Assembly (NCBI GenBank): GCA_051872415.1
Contig: JBJEDW010000061.1
Coordinates: 3,986-35,985 of the forward strand
Length of the DNA stretch: 32,000 nt
Source: Bacilli bacterium
GTDB lineage: Bacteria; Bacillota_I; Bacilli_A; RF39; UBA660
Direction of reading: 5' to 3'
Shown: piece by piece, positions 1 to 9,368 of the stretch
Layout of the letters: each line of letters starts with the position of its first letter
Position numbering within the stretch: position 1 is the stretch's first letter
Position numbers and translations under genes: made by a program
Notes under the pieces: generated by a model
The model's input: the letters and a program-made list of their open reading frames with translations, nothing else
Told to the model about the DNA's origin: nothing
Database searches by the model: none

Positions 1-697
1 CTTTTATTATAGCCAAATATTCTCTATCATATTGATAATCTTTTATTTTTTTTATTTCTCCATTAGCACCATATATAGGATATATTCCATAATCATTTTC
101 AATATCTGAAAGACTAATTGATGAAGAATTACACTCACAAATTGCTTTTAATTTAGTATCTTTAAGTCCTTTAAATAATTTGGTGTTTAAGCACAATTTA
201 AATAACTTAAGGTCTTCAATTTTCTTAGTTTGAAGCTCTATTTTTTTATCTAATAGAGATAGAAAATTGGATACCTTAACTTGTTCTTCCTTACTGGGAA
301 CACCTAATTTTATTTTTTTTAATTGTCCACCAGTTACAAGTGGTTGTCCAGATCCGAATATTAATTTTTTTGGATCATAATGAGATAATGAATAATACAA
401 ATAATCATTTAAAATATTTTTAGGTTCAAGAACTAGTGTATTATCGGAAATGCAACATTTTTCATTAATTTTATTAACACTACCAGCATTAGCTCCAACT
501 CTTGCCACTAAGACTTTTTCACCAGTATAATCATAGAAATTAGATTTTCCAATTATTCCCATCGAACCATAAACATTATATTCACCATCTTCTAATTGTT
601 TTGATATTTTCCCAGATGAAACATTATAAGTTATATCCGATATTTCTTTAATTTCATAATCATTATTAAAATTTAAAAATCTTAATTTAGGTTTCAT
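1..697 (-). CDS. hsdS: Type I R-M specificity subunit HsdS, N-terminal part (3' end runs off the left edge)
   Basis: Absent from the ORF track because it is open to the window edge. My translation from the ATG at 697 reads MKPKLRFLNFNNDYEIKEISD...GVPSKEEQVKVSNFLSLLDKKIELQTKKIEDLKLFK...DYGIYPIYGANGEI. It has the same architecture and the same conserved central spacer as the HsdS at 1865-2962. Confidence 0.85.
   Translation of the reverse strand, partial: MKPKLRFLNFNNDYEIKEISDITYNVSSGKISKQLEDGEYNVYGSMGIIGKSNFYDYTGEKVLVARVGANAGSVNKINEKCCISDNTLVLEPKNILNDYLYYSLSHYDPKKLIFGSGQPLVTGGQLKKIKLGVPSKEEQVKVSNFLSLLDKKIELQTKKIEDLKLFKLCLNTKLFKGLKDTKLKAICECNSSSISLSDIENDYGIYPIYGANGEIKKIKDYQYDREYLAIIK
197..267. 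repeat. Inverted repeat, central hsdS spacer (left copy); partner is 2301-2371
   Basis: The reverse complement of 197-267 matches 2301-2371 at 69 of 71 positions (mismatches at 236 and 257). It encodes the conserved FLSLLDKKI(E/D)LQTKKIEDLKLFK spacer between the two target-recognition domains. Confidence 0.9.
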
Positions 698-701
698 TAT
701 C

Positions 702-731
702 TCACCACTTTTCAAGTCCTTAAGTTTAATA
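702..731. repeat. Inverted repeat, hsdS 5' leader (left copy); partner is 1831-1860
   Basis: tcaccacttttcaagtccttaagtttaata is the exact reverse complement of tattaaacttaaggacttgaaaagtggtga at 1831-1860 (30/30). Similarity continues with 2 mismatches through both ATG start codons. Confidence 0.9.
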
Positions 732-799
732 AATAGATACTAAACTATTCATATTAATTATAACACACTTTCTTAAAAATTTATTGCAAAAAGAAAAAG

Positions 800-1771
800 T
801 CATTTATTAACTTTTTCTTGAAATACTTTGCTTACTAGATCTATACATTTTTTCTTTTGAGAATATCTTGGATGAACATATAAATTTAAAGTAATATTAA
901 CATTAGCGTGTCCTAACAATTCACTTACCGTTTTATAATCACATCCTAAAGAAATACAATTTGTTGCAAATGTATGTCTTAAAGAATGAAAATTGAAGTG
1001 TTTTATTTTTAATTCATTTAATATCTTATTAAAATATTTTCTATATGTTCTTGGCTCAATATATTTATCATTATTAGATAAAATATAGTTTTCTTTGGAT
1101 GTTTTTAAAGGCTTTAATAATTCCATAAAATCTTTATTAATAGGTATTTCTCTGTTAGCATTTTTAGTTTTTGGAGTTGTGATAATAACCTTAGAAATAT
1201 TTTTATCTTTGTCCTTAATATACACTCTTTGAATTGTCTTTGAAATTATTAATTTATTATTTTTAAAATCTATATCTTTCCATTGCAAAGCACAAAGTTC
1301 ACCAATTCTTATTCCTGAATATAAAGATATTAAAAATCCTATATTTTTTGTATTTCTATTATCTAAAACATAATTAGTGATTTTATTTTGTTCATGTTTT
1401 GTTAAAATATATATACTTTTTTCTTTATTATCTTTTGGATAATTAAATGATAATTCTATATGTTTTATTTTGCCTTCATTAATCCCTTTTTTAATACTTC
1501 CTTTTACAATAATTGTAATATCTTTAATAGTTTTTTCTGATAATCCACCTTTTTTATCCTTCCTTCCATTTTTAGACAACTCTAAAAGAAAATCTTGAAT
1601 AATCTTATGATTAATCTCTTTTAATGTGTAATTTCCTAATTTAGGAATTATATGATTAAAAATATTATTTGAATAATTTGCGTAAGTAGATTCCTTAATA
1701 TAATCTTTTTTTTCAATAAGCCACGTATAAATCCAATCCTTGTAAAGTATCTTTCTTGATTTAATAATCAT
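800..1771 (-). CDS. Tyrosine site-specific recombinase (phage-integrase family), candidate hsdS invertase
   Basis: 323 aa with the SGIRIGELCAL (Arg), HSLRHTFAT (H-x-x-R), LLGH and LYVH (Tyr) catalytic motifs. It sits between two inverted hsdS genes. Confidence 0.93.
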   Translation of the reverse strand: MIIKSRKILYKDWIYTWLIEKKDYIKESTYANYSNNIFNHIIPKLGNYTLKEINHKIIQDFLLELSKNGRKDKKGGLSEKTIKDITIIVKGSIKKGINEGKIKHIELSFNYPKDNKEKSIYILTKHEQNKITNYVLDNRNTKNIGFLISLYSGIRIGELCALQWKDIDFKNNKLIISKTIQRVYIKDKDKNISKVIITTPKTKNANREIPINKDFMELLKPLKTSKENYILSNNDKYIEPRTYRKYFNKILNELKIKHFNFHSLRHTFATNCISLGCDYKTVSELLGHANVNITLNLYVHPRYSQKKKCIDLVSKVFQEKVNK

Positions 1772-1830
1772 TTAATTCTTTCTCCTTTCCAAAGATATTA
1801 TATAGGAATAATTAATTACTACTTTTCAAG

Positions 1831-1860
1831 TATTAAACTTAAGGACTTGAAAAGTGGTGA
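1831..1860. repeat. Inverted repeat, hsdS 5' leader (right copy)
   Basis: Exact 30-nt reverse complement of 702-731, ending 4 nt before the ATG at 1865. It contains the GTGGTGA Shine-Dalgarno-like element. Confidence 0.9.
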
Positions 1861-1864
1861 TAAA

Positions 1865-2962
1865 ATGAATGTTCCTAAATTAAGATTTAAAGAATTTAAT
1901 GATGAATATATAAATCTAAAATACAAAGATGTTTTAAAAATAAAAAGTGGTAAAGATCAAAAACAAGTTGAATGCGAAAGTGGTATTTATCCAATTTTAG
2001 GAACTGGTGGACAAATAGGAAAAACAAATTCTTTCCTATATGATAAACCATCTGTTTTGATAGGACGAAAAGGGACAATCAATAAACCACAATATATGGA
2101 AACACCTTTTTGGACTGTTGACACTTTATTTTATTCCCATATATATGAACCTAATATACCTAAATATTTATTTTATTCTTTTCAAAATGTTAATTGGAAA
2201 AAATATGATGAATCAACAGGAGTTCCTAGCTTGAGTTCGTCTACTATCGAAAGTGTTGAGTGCAATATTCCATCAAAAGAAGAACAACTTAAGATAGCCG
2301 ATTTTCTATCGCTATTAGATAAAAAAATAGACCTTCAAACTAAGAAAATTGAAGACCTTAAGTTATTTAAAAAAGGACTAATTAAAGATTTTTATAATGA
2401 ATATAATTTAAGACAAATAAAAATAAAAGAAATAGGTAAAATAGTTACTGGAACTACTCCATCAAAGTCTATAAATAGTTATTGGGATAATGGTAATATT
2501 ACATGGGTAACTCCAACAGATATTAATGACAGTAGAGATATTAATGATTCATTTTTTAAAATTACTGATACAGGTTTAGATAAAGGAAAATTTATTCCTA
2601 AAAATTCAGTTTTAGTTACATGTATAGCTAGTATAGGTAAAAATGCTATTTTAAAAGTTGATGGATCATGTAATCAACAAATAAATGCAATTATACCTAA
2701 TAAAAATTTTAATTATAATTATGTATATTACTTAATTGAATCTATATCTAATTATATGAAATCTATTGCTGGAACATCTGCTACATCTATTATTAATAAA
2801 GAAGAATTTTCAAAAATAATAGTCAAAGTTCATTCAAAAGAGAAGCAGGATTATATTGCATCAGTATTGTCACAGTTTGAAATAAAAATACTATTAGAAA
2901 TTTCAAAATTAAATAAATTCTATCAATTAAAAAAAAGCCTTATGCAAAATATGTTTGTATAA
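1865..2962 (+). CDS. hsdS: Type I R-M specificity subunit HsdS (full length)
   Basis: Two target-recognition-domain halves separated by the conserved spacer SKEEQLKIADFLSLLDKKIDLQTKKIEDLKLFKKGL, with a C-terminal conserved helix LKKSLMQNMF. The track starts at TTG 1847. I prefer ATG 1865 (MNVPKLRFKEF), which parallels MKPKLRF of the other copy. Confidence 0.93.
   Translation: MNVPKLRFKEFNDEYINLKYKDVLKIKSGKDQKQVECESGIYPILGTGGQIGKTNSFLYDKPSVLIGRKGTINKPQYMETPFWTVDTLFYSHIYEPNIPKYLFYSFQNVNWKKYDESTGVPSLSSSTIESVECNIPSKEEQLKIADFLSLLDKKIDLQTKKIEDLKLFKKGLIKDFYNEYNLRQIKIKEIGKIVTGTTPSKSINSYWDNGNITWVTPTDINDSRDINDSFFKITDTGLDKGKFIPKNSVLVTCIASIGKNAILKVDGSCNQQINAIIPNKNFNYNYVYYLIESISNYMKSIAGTSATSIINKEEFSKIIVKVHSKEKQDYIASVLSQFEIKILLEISKLNKFYQLKKSLMQNMFV
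2301..2371. repeat. Inverted repeat, central hsdS spacer (right copy)
   Basis: See 197-267: 71 nt with 2 mismatches. Confidence 0.9.
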
Positions 2963-2968
2963 GGTTTT

Positions 2969-3592
2969 TTATAATCTTTCTATAATATGTAGATATTCAT
3001 CAATTGTGCTTGGAAATTTTGAATACGCTCTTCTATTATAATCAATAGATAAAATATTTAAATTTTTATATATTAGGTTTAAAATTTCATCAATATCATT
3101 ATAGGTTATTTTAAAATCTTCGTTTACTTTTCCATTATCATAAAAGTATTTTTTATCTTGATGAGCATAAACTTTATCTCTTTGAGACTTTATATTTTCT
3201 ATTTGCTTACTATATTTATTCAATTCCAATTTAAAATTATTAATATCATCTAAAACATTTACTTTTTTTACTAAAACTTTTTCTGTTATTTTTGTTTCTT
3301 CATTATAGAACTCATCAATAAATTCATTTAAAAATTGTTCTTTCTGATTTTCGCAACAGTTAATTAACTTAAATATACTTTTATCTTCCCTTTTATCTAT
3401 TAATTTTGCAATTTTCATTACAAATGAATATTTTAATGAATTTAAAACATTATATAAAAATCCATTTATTTGTTTTATCTCTTTTTCATTTCCCTGAACA
3501 TTACTTAATATACCTTTATATAATTCAAAATCACTTAATGCACTATTAACCATTTTGAAGTATTGTGAAAATTCACATTCTAATTTTATCAT
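2969..3592 (-). CDS. Hypothetical protein, HEPN-like (AbiU2-type R-x5-H motif), coupled to hsdM
   Basis: 207 aa and predicted helical. The SQRDKVYAHQD segment fits the HEPN Rx4-6H motif. Its ATG overlaps the hsdM stop by 1 nt (TAATG at 3590-3594). The functional call rests on the motif only. Confidence 0.5.
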   Translation of the reverse strand: MIKLECEFSQYFKMVNSALSDFELYKGILSNVQGNEKEIKQINGFLYNVLNSLKYSFVMKIAKLIDKREDKSIFKLINCCENQKEQFLNEFIDEFYNEETKITEKVLVKKVNVLDDINNFKLELNKYSKQIENIKSQRDKVYAHQDKKYFYDNGKVNEDFKITYNDIDEILNLIYKNLNILSIDYNRRAYSKFPSTIDEYLHIIERL

Positions 3593-5151
3593 TAAAGTTC
3601 CTCTAACCCTAGTTCTTTTAAGTAAACATTAAGTTCTTTATCTACTTCTGCTATTTGCTTATCAATATCTTTAAGATCTTGTTGAATAGCTTTAATATCT
3701 ATTTCTTCTTCCTCTTCAAATGTGTCTACATACCTAGGAATATTTAAATTATATTCATTTTCTTTTATTTCAGACATTGGAGCAACATGGCAATATTTTT
3801 CTATCTCAACTCTATTTTTATAAGTTTCAATAATTTTATCAACATCTTCATCTCTTAATCTGTTTTGATTTTTTCCAGCTTCAAATTCTTTAGAAGCATC
3901 TATAAATAAAATATTGCCTTCGTTTTCTCTGCATTTTTTAAATACTAATATACAAGTTGGAATACTTGTTCCATAAAATATATTAGCTGGTAATCCAATT
4001 ACTGCATCTAAATAGTTTTTTTCTTCAATTAAATATTTTCTAATTACTCCTTCTGACGCTCCTCTAAATAAAACACCATGAGGAAGAACTACTGCCATAG
4101 TTCCATTATCTGATAATTGGTATATCATATGTTGAATAAAAGCAAAATCTGCCTTTGATTTTGGTGCTAATTTACCATAAGCACTAAATCTTTCATCTTC
4201 TATAAACTTTGGATCAGCACTCCATTTTGCAGAATATGGAGGATTAGCAACTATTGCATCAAATTTCATATCTAAATGTCTAGGTTTTTCTAAAGTATCA
4301 TCGTTTTTAATATCAAAATGTTTAAATGAAACTCCATGTAATAACATGTTCATTCGAGCTAAGTTGTAAGTTGTAGAATTAAATTCTTGTCCATAGTATG
4401 AACTTACCTTACATTCTTTACCAACTCTTAAAAGTAACGATCCGGATCCACAAGTAGGATCATATACATTTTGAAGTTTTGATTTATTTAGCGTAACTAA
4501 TTTTGCAAGAATTCTTGATACTTGTTGTGGTGTATAAAATTCTCCAGCTTTCTTTCCAGCTGATGCAGCAAAGTTTGAAATTAAGTATTCGTATGCATCT
4601 CCTAAAACATCAATTTCCGCATCTTCATAATGAAAGTCTATATCATCTATTTTTAACATAATAGTTGAAATTAGTTTGGTTCTTTCTGCTTCGCCTCTAC
4701 CTAATTTAGAGTTGTTTAAATCCATATCTTCAAATAGATTCTCAAAATCATCTTCTGATTCATTACCTAAAGTAGATTCTGATATAACATTAACTGCTTT
4801 AGCAAGCATTGAGATATCAAATTTACCAGTTTTAATATTATCAATTAATGTACTCCATAGATATTCTGGTTCAATACAATAACCTATATTTTCTTCCTCT
4901 ATTAAATCGGACTTAAATTCTTGTGCTTGTTCTTTATCCTTGAACATGTCAGCATATTTCATTTTATTTCTTAACATTACATTTTCAACGTAATTAACTA
5001 AATTTTCAGATAAATATCTGTAGAATATTAATCCTAAGATATAATTTTTGAAATCATTAGCATCCATATTTCCTCTTAGGGAATTAGCAATACTCCAAAG
5101 TTGTTTTTGAAGTTCTGCTTGTTGTGATTGTTGTTTTTCTTCTCTTGACAT
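3592..5151 (-). CDS. hsdM: Type I R-M N6-adenine DNA methyltransferase subunit HsdM
   Basis: N-terminus has the HsdM_N pattern LWSIANSLRGNMDANDFKNYILGLIFYRYLSE. AdoMet motif DPTCGSGSLL and catalytic NPPY (IVANPPYSAKW) are present. Confidence 0.97.
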   Translation of the reverse strand: MSREEKQQSQQAELQKQLWSIANSLRGNMDANDFKNYILGLIFYRYLSENLVNYVENVMLRNKMKYADMFKDKEQAQEFKSDLIEEENIGYCIEPEYLWSTLIDNIKTGKFDISMLAKAVNVISESTLGNESEDDFENLFEDMDLNNSKLGRGEAERTKLISTIMLKIDDIDFHYEDAEIDVLGDAYEYLISNFAASAGKKAGEFYTPQQVSRILAKLVTLNKSKLQNVYDPTCGSGSLLLRVGKECKVSSYYGQEFNSTTYNLARMNMLLHGVSFKHFDIKNDDTLEKPRHLDMKFDAIVANPPYSAKWSADPKFIEDERFSAYGKLAPKSKADFAFIQHMIYQLSDNGTMAVVLPHGVLFRGASEGVIRKYLIEEKNYLDAVIGLPANIFYGTSIPTCILVFKKCRENEGNILFIDASKEFEAGKNQNRLRDEDVDKIIETYKNRVEIEKYCHVAPMSEIKENEYNLNIPRYVDTFEEEEEIDIKAIQQDLKDIDKQIAEVDKELNVYLKELGLEEL

Positions 5152-5160
5152 AATATCCTC

Positions 5161-7920
5161 CTATAAAAATTTCTTAAATATATTTTTTATAAATTCTTTT
5201 ACTTTATTTTTCACAATTCTTCTTTCCCAATAATCATCTATATCTATTGCTTCATTTATTTCTTTATCTGGAAAAATACTGCTATATTCATATTCATTAA
5301 TTATTTCATTTAATTTATCTAAATTAATTTTATTATTTAAAGCAAATTTTTTAATTTCTTTTTCTCTTTCTTTATTCATATGGTCATTGAAAGCAGCATC
5401 TATTGAATCAGCTTCTTTTAGTGCAGGTAATATAGATTTTAAGAAGCTCTTAATTAAATCAGCTTTTAAGAATAATTCATCATCTGTAATATTTGTTAAT
5501 TTACTTTCAATATCTGCAATATCACGTTTCTTTTGGTCTTCGTTTGTTAAATCAACATTTCTAATTAAATTAAGTATATATGAAACATTAATTCTATCAG
5601 TTTGAATTAATTCTAGCGAGAATGTAACATCATTTAAAATTGAACTTTTTTCTTTATCATTAGAAATTTTTCTGTATAACTCATAATATTTACTTCTATA
5701 ATCTTCAAACATTTGAGTATTAATAACATCATCAGCATTATCTAAATCAAATTGATTAAATGTTTTTAAGCTAACAAGTATTTTAGCAACATCTCTAAAT
5801 GCTAAAATAAACTCTTTTATATCTTCTTCTCTTTCTAGTTCATCAACACTATCAACAGTCGGAGTAATGCTTAGCAACTTATCTACAGCTTTATTAAATT
5901 TATCTAAATAAACAGGATATGGTGCCATTATTACAGTATCAATACTATCAGTTTGAGAGAATAATTTAACAGCTTCATCTACTCTAGCTTTAGTGGTTCT
6001 ATAACAAACTATATTCCCAAATGGTTTTGTTTCAGATTCAACTCTATTTGTTCTTGAAAATGCCTGAATTAAATCATGATATTTAAGTGGTTTATCAACA
6101 TATAAAGTATTTAATCTTTTAGCATCAAATCCAGTTAATAACATATTAACAACTATAACTATATCAATTTCTGTATTTTTTATTCTTTTGCATATATCTC
6201 TAAAATAACCATCAAAATTATGAGTAGAGAAATTTGTGTTGAATATTTTGTTATAATCTTCCATATATCTATCTAATACTTCTCTTGAATGTTCTGGATT
6301 TTTATCTAAATCTTCATTTGCTCCGCAAGTAAATATTGCTCCTATTTTTAAATCATGATTTATCTTTTTAAAAGCATCGTAATATTTTATTAGTAATGGT
6401 ATTGAAGATACAGTAAATAATGCATTATATTTTCTATCTCTTGTTTTAATATTATGATGATCAATAATGTGTTGAGCAATTAAGCCTACTCTTTCATATG
6501 CTAAGAATACTTCATCTGTATCTATCCCTTCCACCATAATGTCTTCTTCTAACGCAACTGTATTTGCTTCCATAAACTTTATATAGTCAACATTAAATCC
6601 TAATACATTTTCATCTTTAATAGCATCTTTTATTAAGTATGTATGTAAGCATTTTTCGAATATATCAGCAGTACTTCTACCATCTTGTGATGGATTTTCT
6701 TTAAATCTAGGAGTGCCAGTAAATCCAAAGTATTGCGCTTTACTAAATGTTTTAGAAATCTGTTTATGCATATCACCAAATTGTGATCTATGACATTCAT
6801 CTATTATGAATACTGTTTTTAAATCTTTATATTTTTCCATAATATGTGCATATTTAGGATTAGTACAAGCATTAGCCATTTTTTGAATTGTAGTTATAAT
6901 TAATTGCTTAGAACTATCTTTAATCTGCTCTATTAATTTATCAGTTTGATTAGTCATGTCAACGCAACCTGGGTCAAATTTATTAAATTCATCTAATGTT
7001 TGTTTATCCAAGTCCTTTCTATCTACTAAAAAGAATACTTGATTGATAGAAGGTTCTAAAGAAAGAATTTGGCTTGTTTTAAAAGAAGTAATTGTTTTAC
7101 CAGAACCAGTTGTATGCCATACATAACCATTATTACTTGTATCTAATGCACGAGATACAATATTTTCAACTGCATATACTTGATAAGGTCTCATTACCAT
7201 CAATGTTTTTTCTGTTTCATTAACAATCATATATCTTGCTATCATTTTTCCTATATGACACCTGTCTAAGAAAAACACACAAAATTGTTCTAAGTTATTA
7301 ATTCTATCATTATTTATATCAGTCCAATAAAAAGTAAATCCATAATTTAACTCTTGATCTCCATTTGCAAAATATTTAGTTTCTACTCCATTACTTATTA
7401 CAAATAATTGAATAAATTTATATAAGCCTTGATATGAATGCCTTTTATATCTCTTAATTTGATTAAAGGCTTCTTTCATATCAATACCTCTACGCTTTAA
7501 TTCAACTTGAACCAAAGGTAATCCATTTATTAAAATAGTTACATCATATCTATTTGTATATTTTCCTTCGACAGTAGTTTGATGAGTTACTTGAAATATA
7601 TTCTTACACCAATCTTTTGTATTAAATAATTCAATATAAACAATACTTCCATCATCTCTTTGAATATCCTGTTTTTGCCTTAATTCTTTTGCCGATTGAA
7701 AAACACCTTTACCAGATATTTTAACCATTAATCTTTCAAATTCTTTATCACTTAAATTTTTACCTTTAAGTTCTATTTTGTTATGAATATTGACTTGTTC
7801 TCTAAAATTTTGTTCTAATTCATTAACATCATTTATTACTACTTTAGAATACCCTTGCTTTGCAAGTTGATCTATCATACGATCTTCTAATCTTGCTTCA
7901 CTTTCATATACTCCCATCAT
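5161..7920 (-). CDS. hsdR: Type I restriction endonuclease subunit HsdR
   Basis: Has Walker A TTGSGKT, DEAH-box IIDECHRSQ, helicase C motifs (QAFSRTNR) and a long C-terminal helical domain. The track starts at TTG 7932. ATG 7920 or 7917 lies behind GGTAGGTG and is the more likely start. Confidence 0.96.
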   Translation of the reverse strand: MMGVYESEARLEDRMIDQLAKQGYSKVVINDVNELEQNFREQVNIHNKIELKGKNLSDKEFERLMVKISGKGVFQSAKELRQKQDIQRDDGSIVYIELFNTKDWCKNIFQVTHQTTVEGKYTNRYDVTILINGLPLVQVELKRRGIDMKEAFNQIKRYKRHSYQGLYKFIQLFVISNGVETKYFANGDQELNYGFTFYWTDINNDRINNLEQFCVFFLDRCHIGKMIARYMIVNETEKTLMVMRPYQVYAVENIVSRALDTSNNGYVWHTTGSGKTITSFKTSQILSLEPSINQVFFLVDRKDLDKQTLDEFNKFDPGCVDMTNQTDKLIEQIKDSSKQLIITTIQKMANACTNPKYAHIMEKYKDLKTVFIIDECHRSQFGDMHKQISKTFSKAQYFGFTGTPRFKENPSQDGRSTADIFEKCLHTYLIKDAIKDENVLGFNVDYIKFMEANTVALEEDIMVEGIDTDEVFLAYERVGLIAQHIIDHHNIKTRDRKYNALFTVSSIPLLIKYYDAFKKINHDLKIGAIFTCGANEDLDKNPEHSREVLDRYMEDYNKIFNTNFSTHNFDGYFRDICKRIKNTEIDIVIVVNMLLTGFDAKRLNTLYVDKPLKYHDLIQAFSRTNRVESETKPFGNIVCYRTTKARVDEAVKLFSQTDSIDTVIMAPYPVYLDKFNKAVDKLLSITPTVDSVDELEREEDIKEFILAFRDVAKILVSLKTFNQFDLDNADDVINTQMFEDYRSKYYELYRKISNDKEKSSILNDVTFSLELIQTDRINVSYILNLIRNVDLTNEDQKKRDIADIESKLTNITDDELFLKADLIKSFLKSILPALKEADSIDAAFNDHMNKEREKEIKKFALNNKINLDKLNEIINEYEYSSIFPDKEINEAIDIDDYWERRIVKNKVKEFIKNIFKKFL

Positions 7921-7947
7921 TACACCTACCAATCAATTTATATTTCA

Positions 7948-7956
7948 ATTATATCA
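7948..7956 (-). promoter_or_regulatory. Candidate extended -10 promoter for hsdR-hsdM
   Basis: The minus strand reads TGaTATAAT about 25 nt upstream of the hsdR start. There is no good -35. Confidence 0.4.
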
Positions 7957-8029
7957 CGAAAATTGGTAAACTTTGGATTTGAACTAAAAAATTATAAAAA
8001 AAAAGAAACTGCACTCTCTTATTACATAA

Positions 8030-8069
8030 TCAAAAATGAAAAATAGGGCTCTACCGCTAGATAGTGCCC
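8030..8069 (-). terminator. Intrinsic terminator downstream of the Abi_2 gene
   Basis: Minus-strand RNA is GGGC-A-CUAUC[UAGC]GGUAG-A-GCCC followed by UAUUUUUCAUUUUU. Confidence 0.6.
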
Positions 8070-8141
8070 TTGCAAAAATGTATTACCATTTTTTCCTTGC
8101 ATAATCATAATACCATATATTAATGATCATGTCAAACTATT

Positions 8142-9152
8142 TTAATCTGAGTTTACATTATAATTTTTTTCAATGATTTTTTTAAAATATAAATATACAG
8201 ATTTCAATAGTCCATTATTATTATAATACTCTTTATGACGAATTATTCTTCCAAAAAACAATTCATTAATGTCTTCTTTTACATTTTCCTTAATACCCTT
8301 GCTAGTTACTATTTCATTAAACATATATAACGCATAAGTCATTTGCCTTATTCTGGAATTACTCAATTTATTGTTTCTTGTTTCTTTACCTACTCCACAT
8401 TCTCTTAAATAATTAATAACTAATGTATCCGCTCTATGTAGATTATCTTTTTTATCTAGTTCTGATAAAACGCAAGAATTATGAGCTACTGCATTTCTAA
8501 GTTTTACTACTTCTCTTAAAATAAATATGTTTTTAAGTTCATTCTCTAAATTATATTCTTTAGAAAAAAATTCATAAAAATTAACTAATTCACCAAATGT
8601 AATTATTTCAAGAAATTCCCATACAGGAATATTTTCTAATTGTTGATTCTTATCTATATCGTATTTAGAAAAAATTTTTTTATAATATTCACTTCCTACT
8701 TTTTTAAAAATACTATTATGCACTTTTTTAGGAAACTTTTTATCATTGAAATCTCTTTCTAAATACATGTTAACAGATTTATAGCCATTTTCTTCTTCTA
8801 TGTTTTCAATTAAATTTAATATTCTTATTTTTAAATAATGTTCAATATCAATAATTATTTTAAAGAATAATAGTCTAACTCTATGATCTATAATAGCCAT
8901 ATCTTTAAGATAAGCAAAATCTAAATCTTGATATAATCCTTCATATTCACCTGCTGGAGATGGATATTTCAAAAAATTATTTTTATATGAGGTTAAGTTA
9001 TAATAGTTATTGTTATTTCTTAAATACTCTTCTGCATCCTTTTCACTAATTTTTTCAAACTTAATATTTTTTCTTTTTAAATACGGAACTAATTCGTTAA
9101 TTTTCATCATAGGTCTCAACTCTGATATTTTTTCATCTGTTTCAATCATCAT
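8142..9152 (-). CDS. Abi_2 family (AbiD/AbiF-like) abortive-infection protein
   Basis: 336 aa. The N-terminal pattern LKRKNIKF..EKDAEEYLRNNNNYYNLTSYKNNF and the DLDFAYLKDMAIIDHRVRLLFFKIIIDIEHYLKIRI core match what I recall of Abi_2 family proteins. Confidence 0.75.
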   Translation of the reverse strand: MMIETDEKISELRPMMKINELVPYLKRKNIKFEKISEKDAEEYLRNNNNYYNLTSYKNNFLKYPSPAGEYEGLYQDLDFAYLKDMAIIDHRVRLLFFKIIIDIEHYLKIRILNLIENIEEENGYKSVNMYLERDFNDKKFPKKVHNSIFKKVGSEYYKKIFSKYDIDKNQQLENIPVWEFLEIITFGELVNFYEFFSKEYNLENELKNIFILREVVKLRNAVAHNSCVLSELDKKDNLHRADTLVINYLRECGVGKETRNNKLSNSRIRQMTYALYMFNEIVTSKGIKENVKEDINELFFGRIIRHKEYYNNNGLLKSVYLYFKKIIEKNYNVNSD

Positions 9153-9175
9153 ATCACTTCCTAACTGCTATAAGA

Positions 9176-9184
9176 ATTATAGCA
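9176..9184 (-). promoter_or_regulatory. Candidate extended -10 promoter for the Abi_2 gene
   Basis: The minus strand reads TGcTATAAT about 24 nt upstream of the ATG at 9152, followed by the AGGAAGTG RBS. Confidence 0.35.
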
Positions 9185-9368
9185 CACTATCTTTTAAAAT
9201 TTTATATTTAAAATAAATTTATAATTCTTTAAGATAGTTAGTTTTGTATTTAATATCATTAAAACCATATACTTTTTTACAACTATTTCTAATAATTGCT
9301 ATATAGTCTAAGCCTATAATGCTAAACCCATTATCTTTTAACAATTTATGGTGACTTTCCTATGACAC

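Noticed and set aside
1847-1864. TTG start for hsdS as given in the ORF track
   Set aside because: The ATG at 1865 lies at proper spacing from the shared GTGGTGA element and parallels the start of the other hsdS copy. The upstream codons fall inside the inverted repeat and leader.
8068-8080. 12-mer ccttgcaaaaat shared with 16141-16152
   Set aside because: A single 12-nt match in 32 kb of AT-rich DNA is expected by chance. There is no extended similarity.
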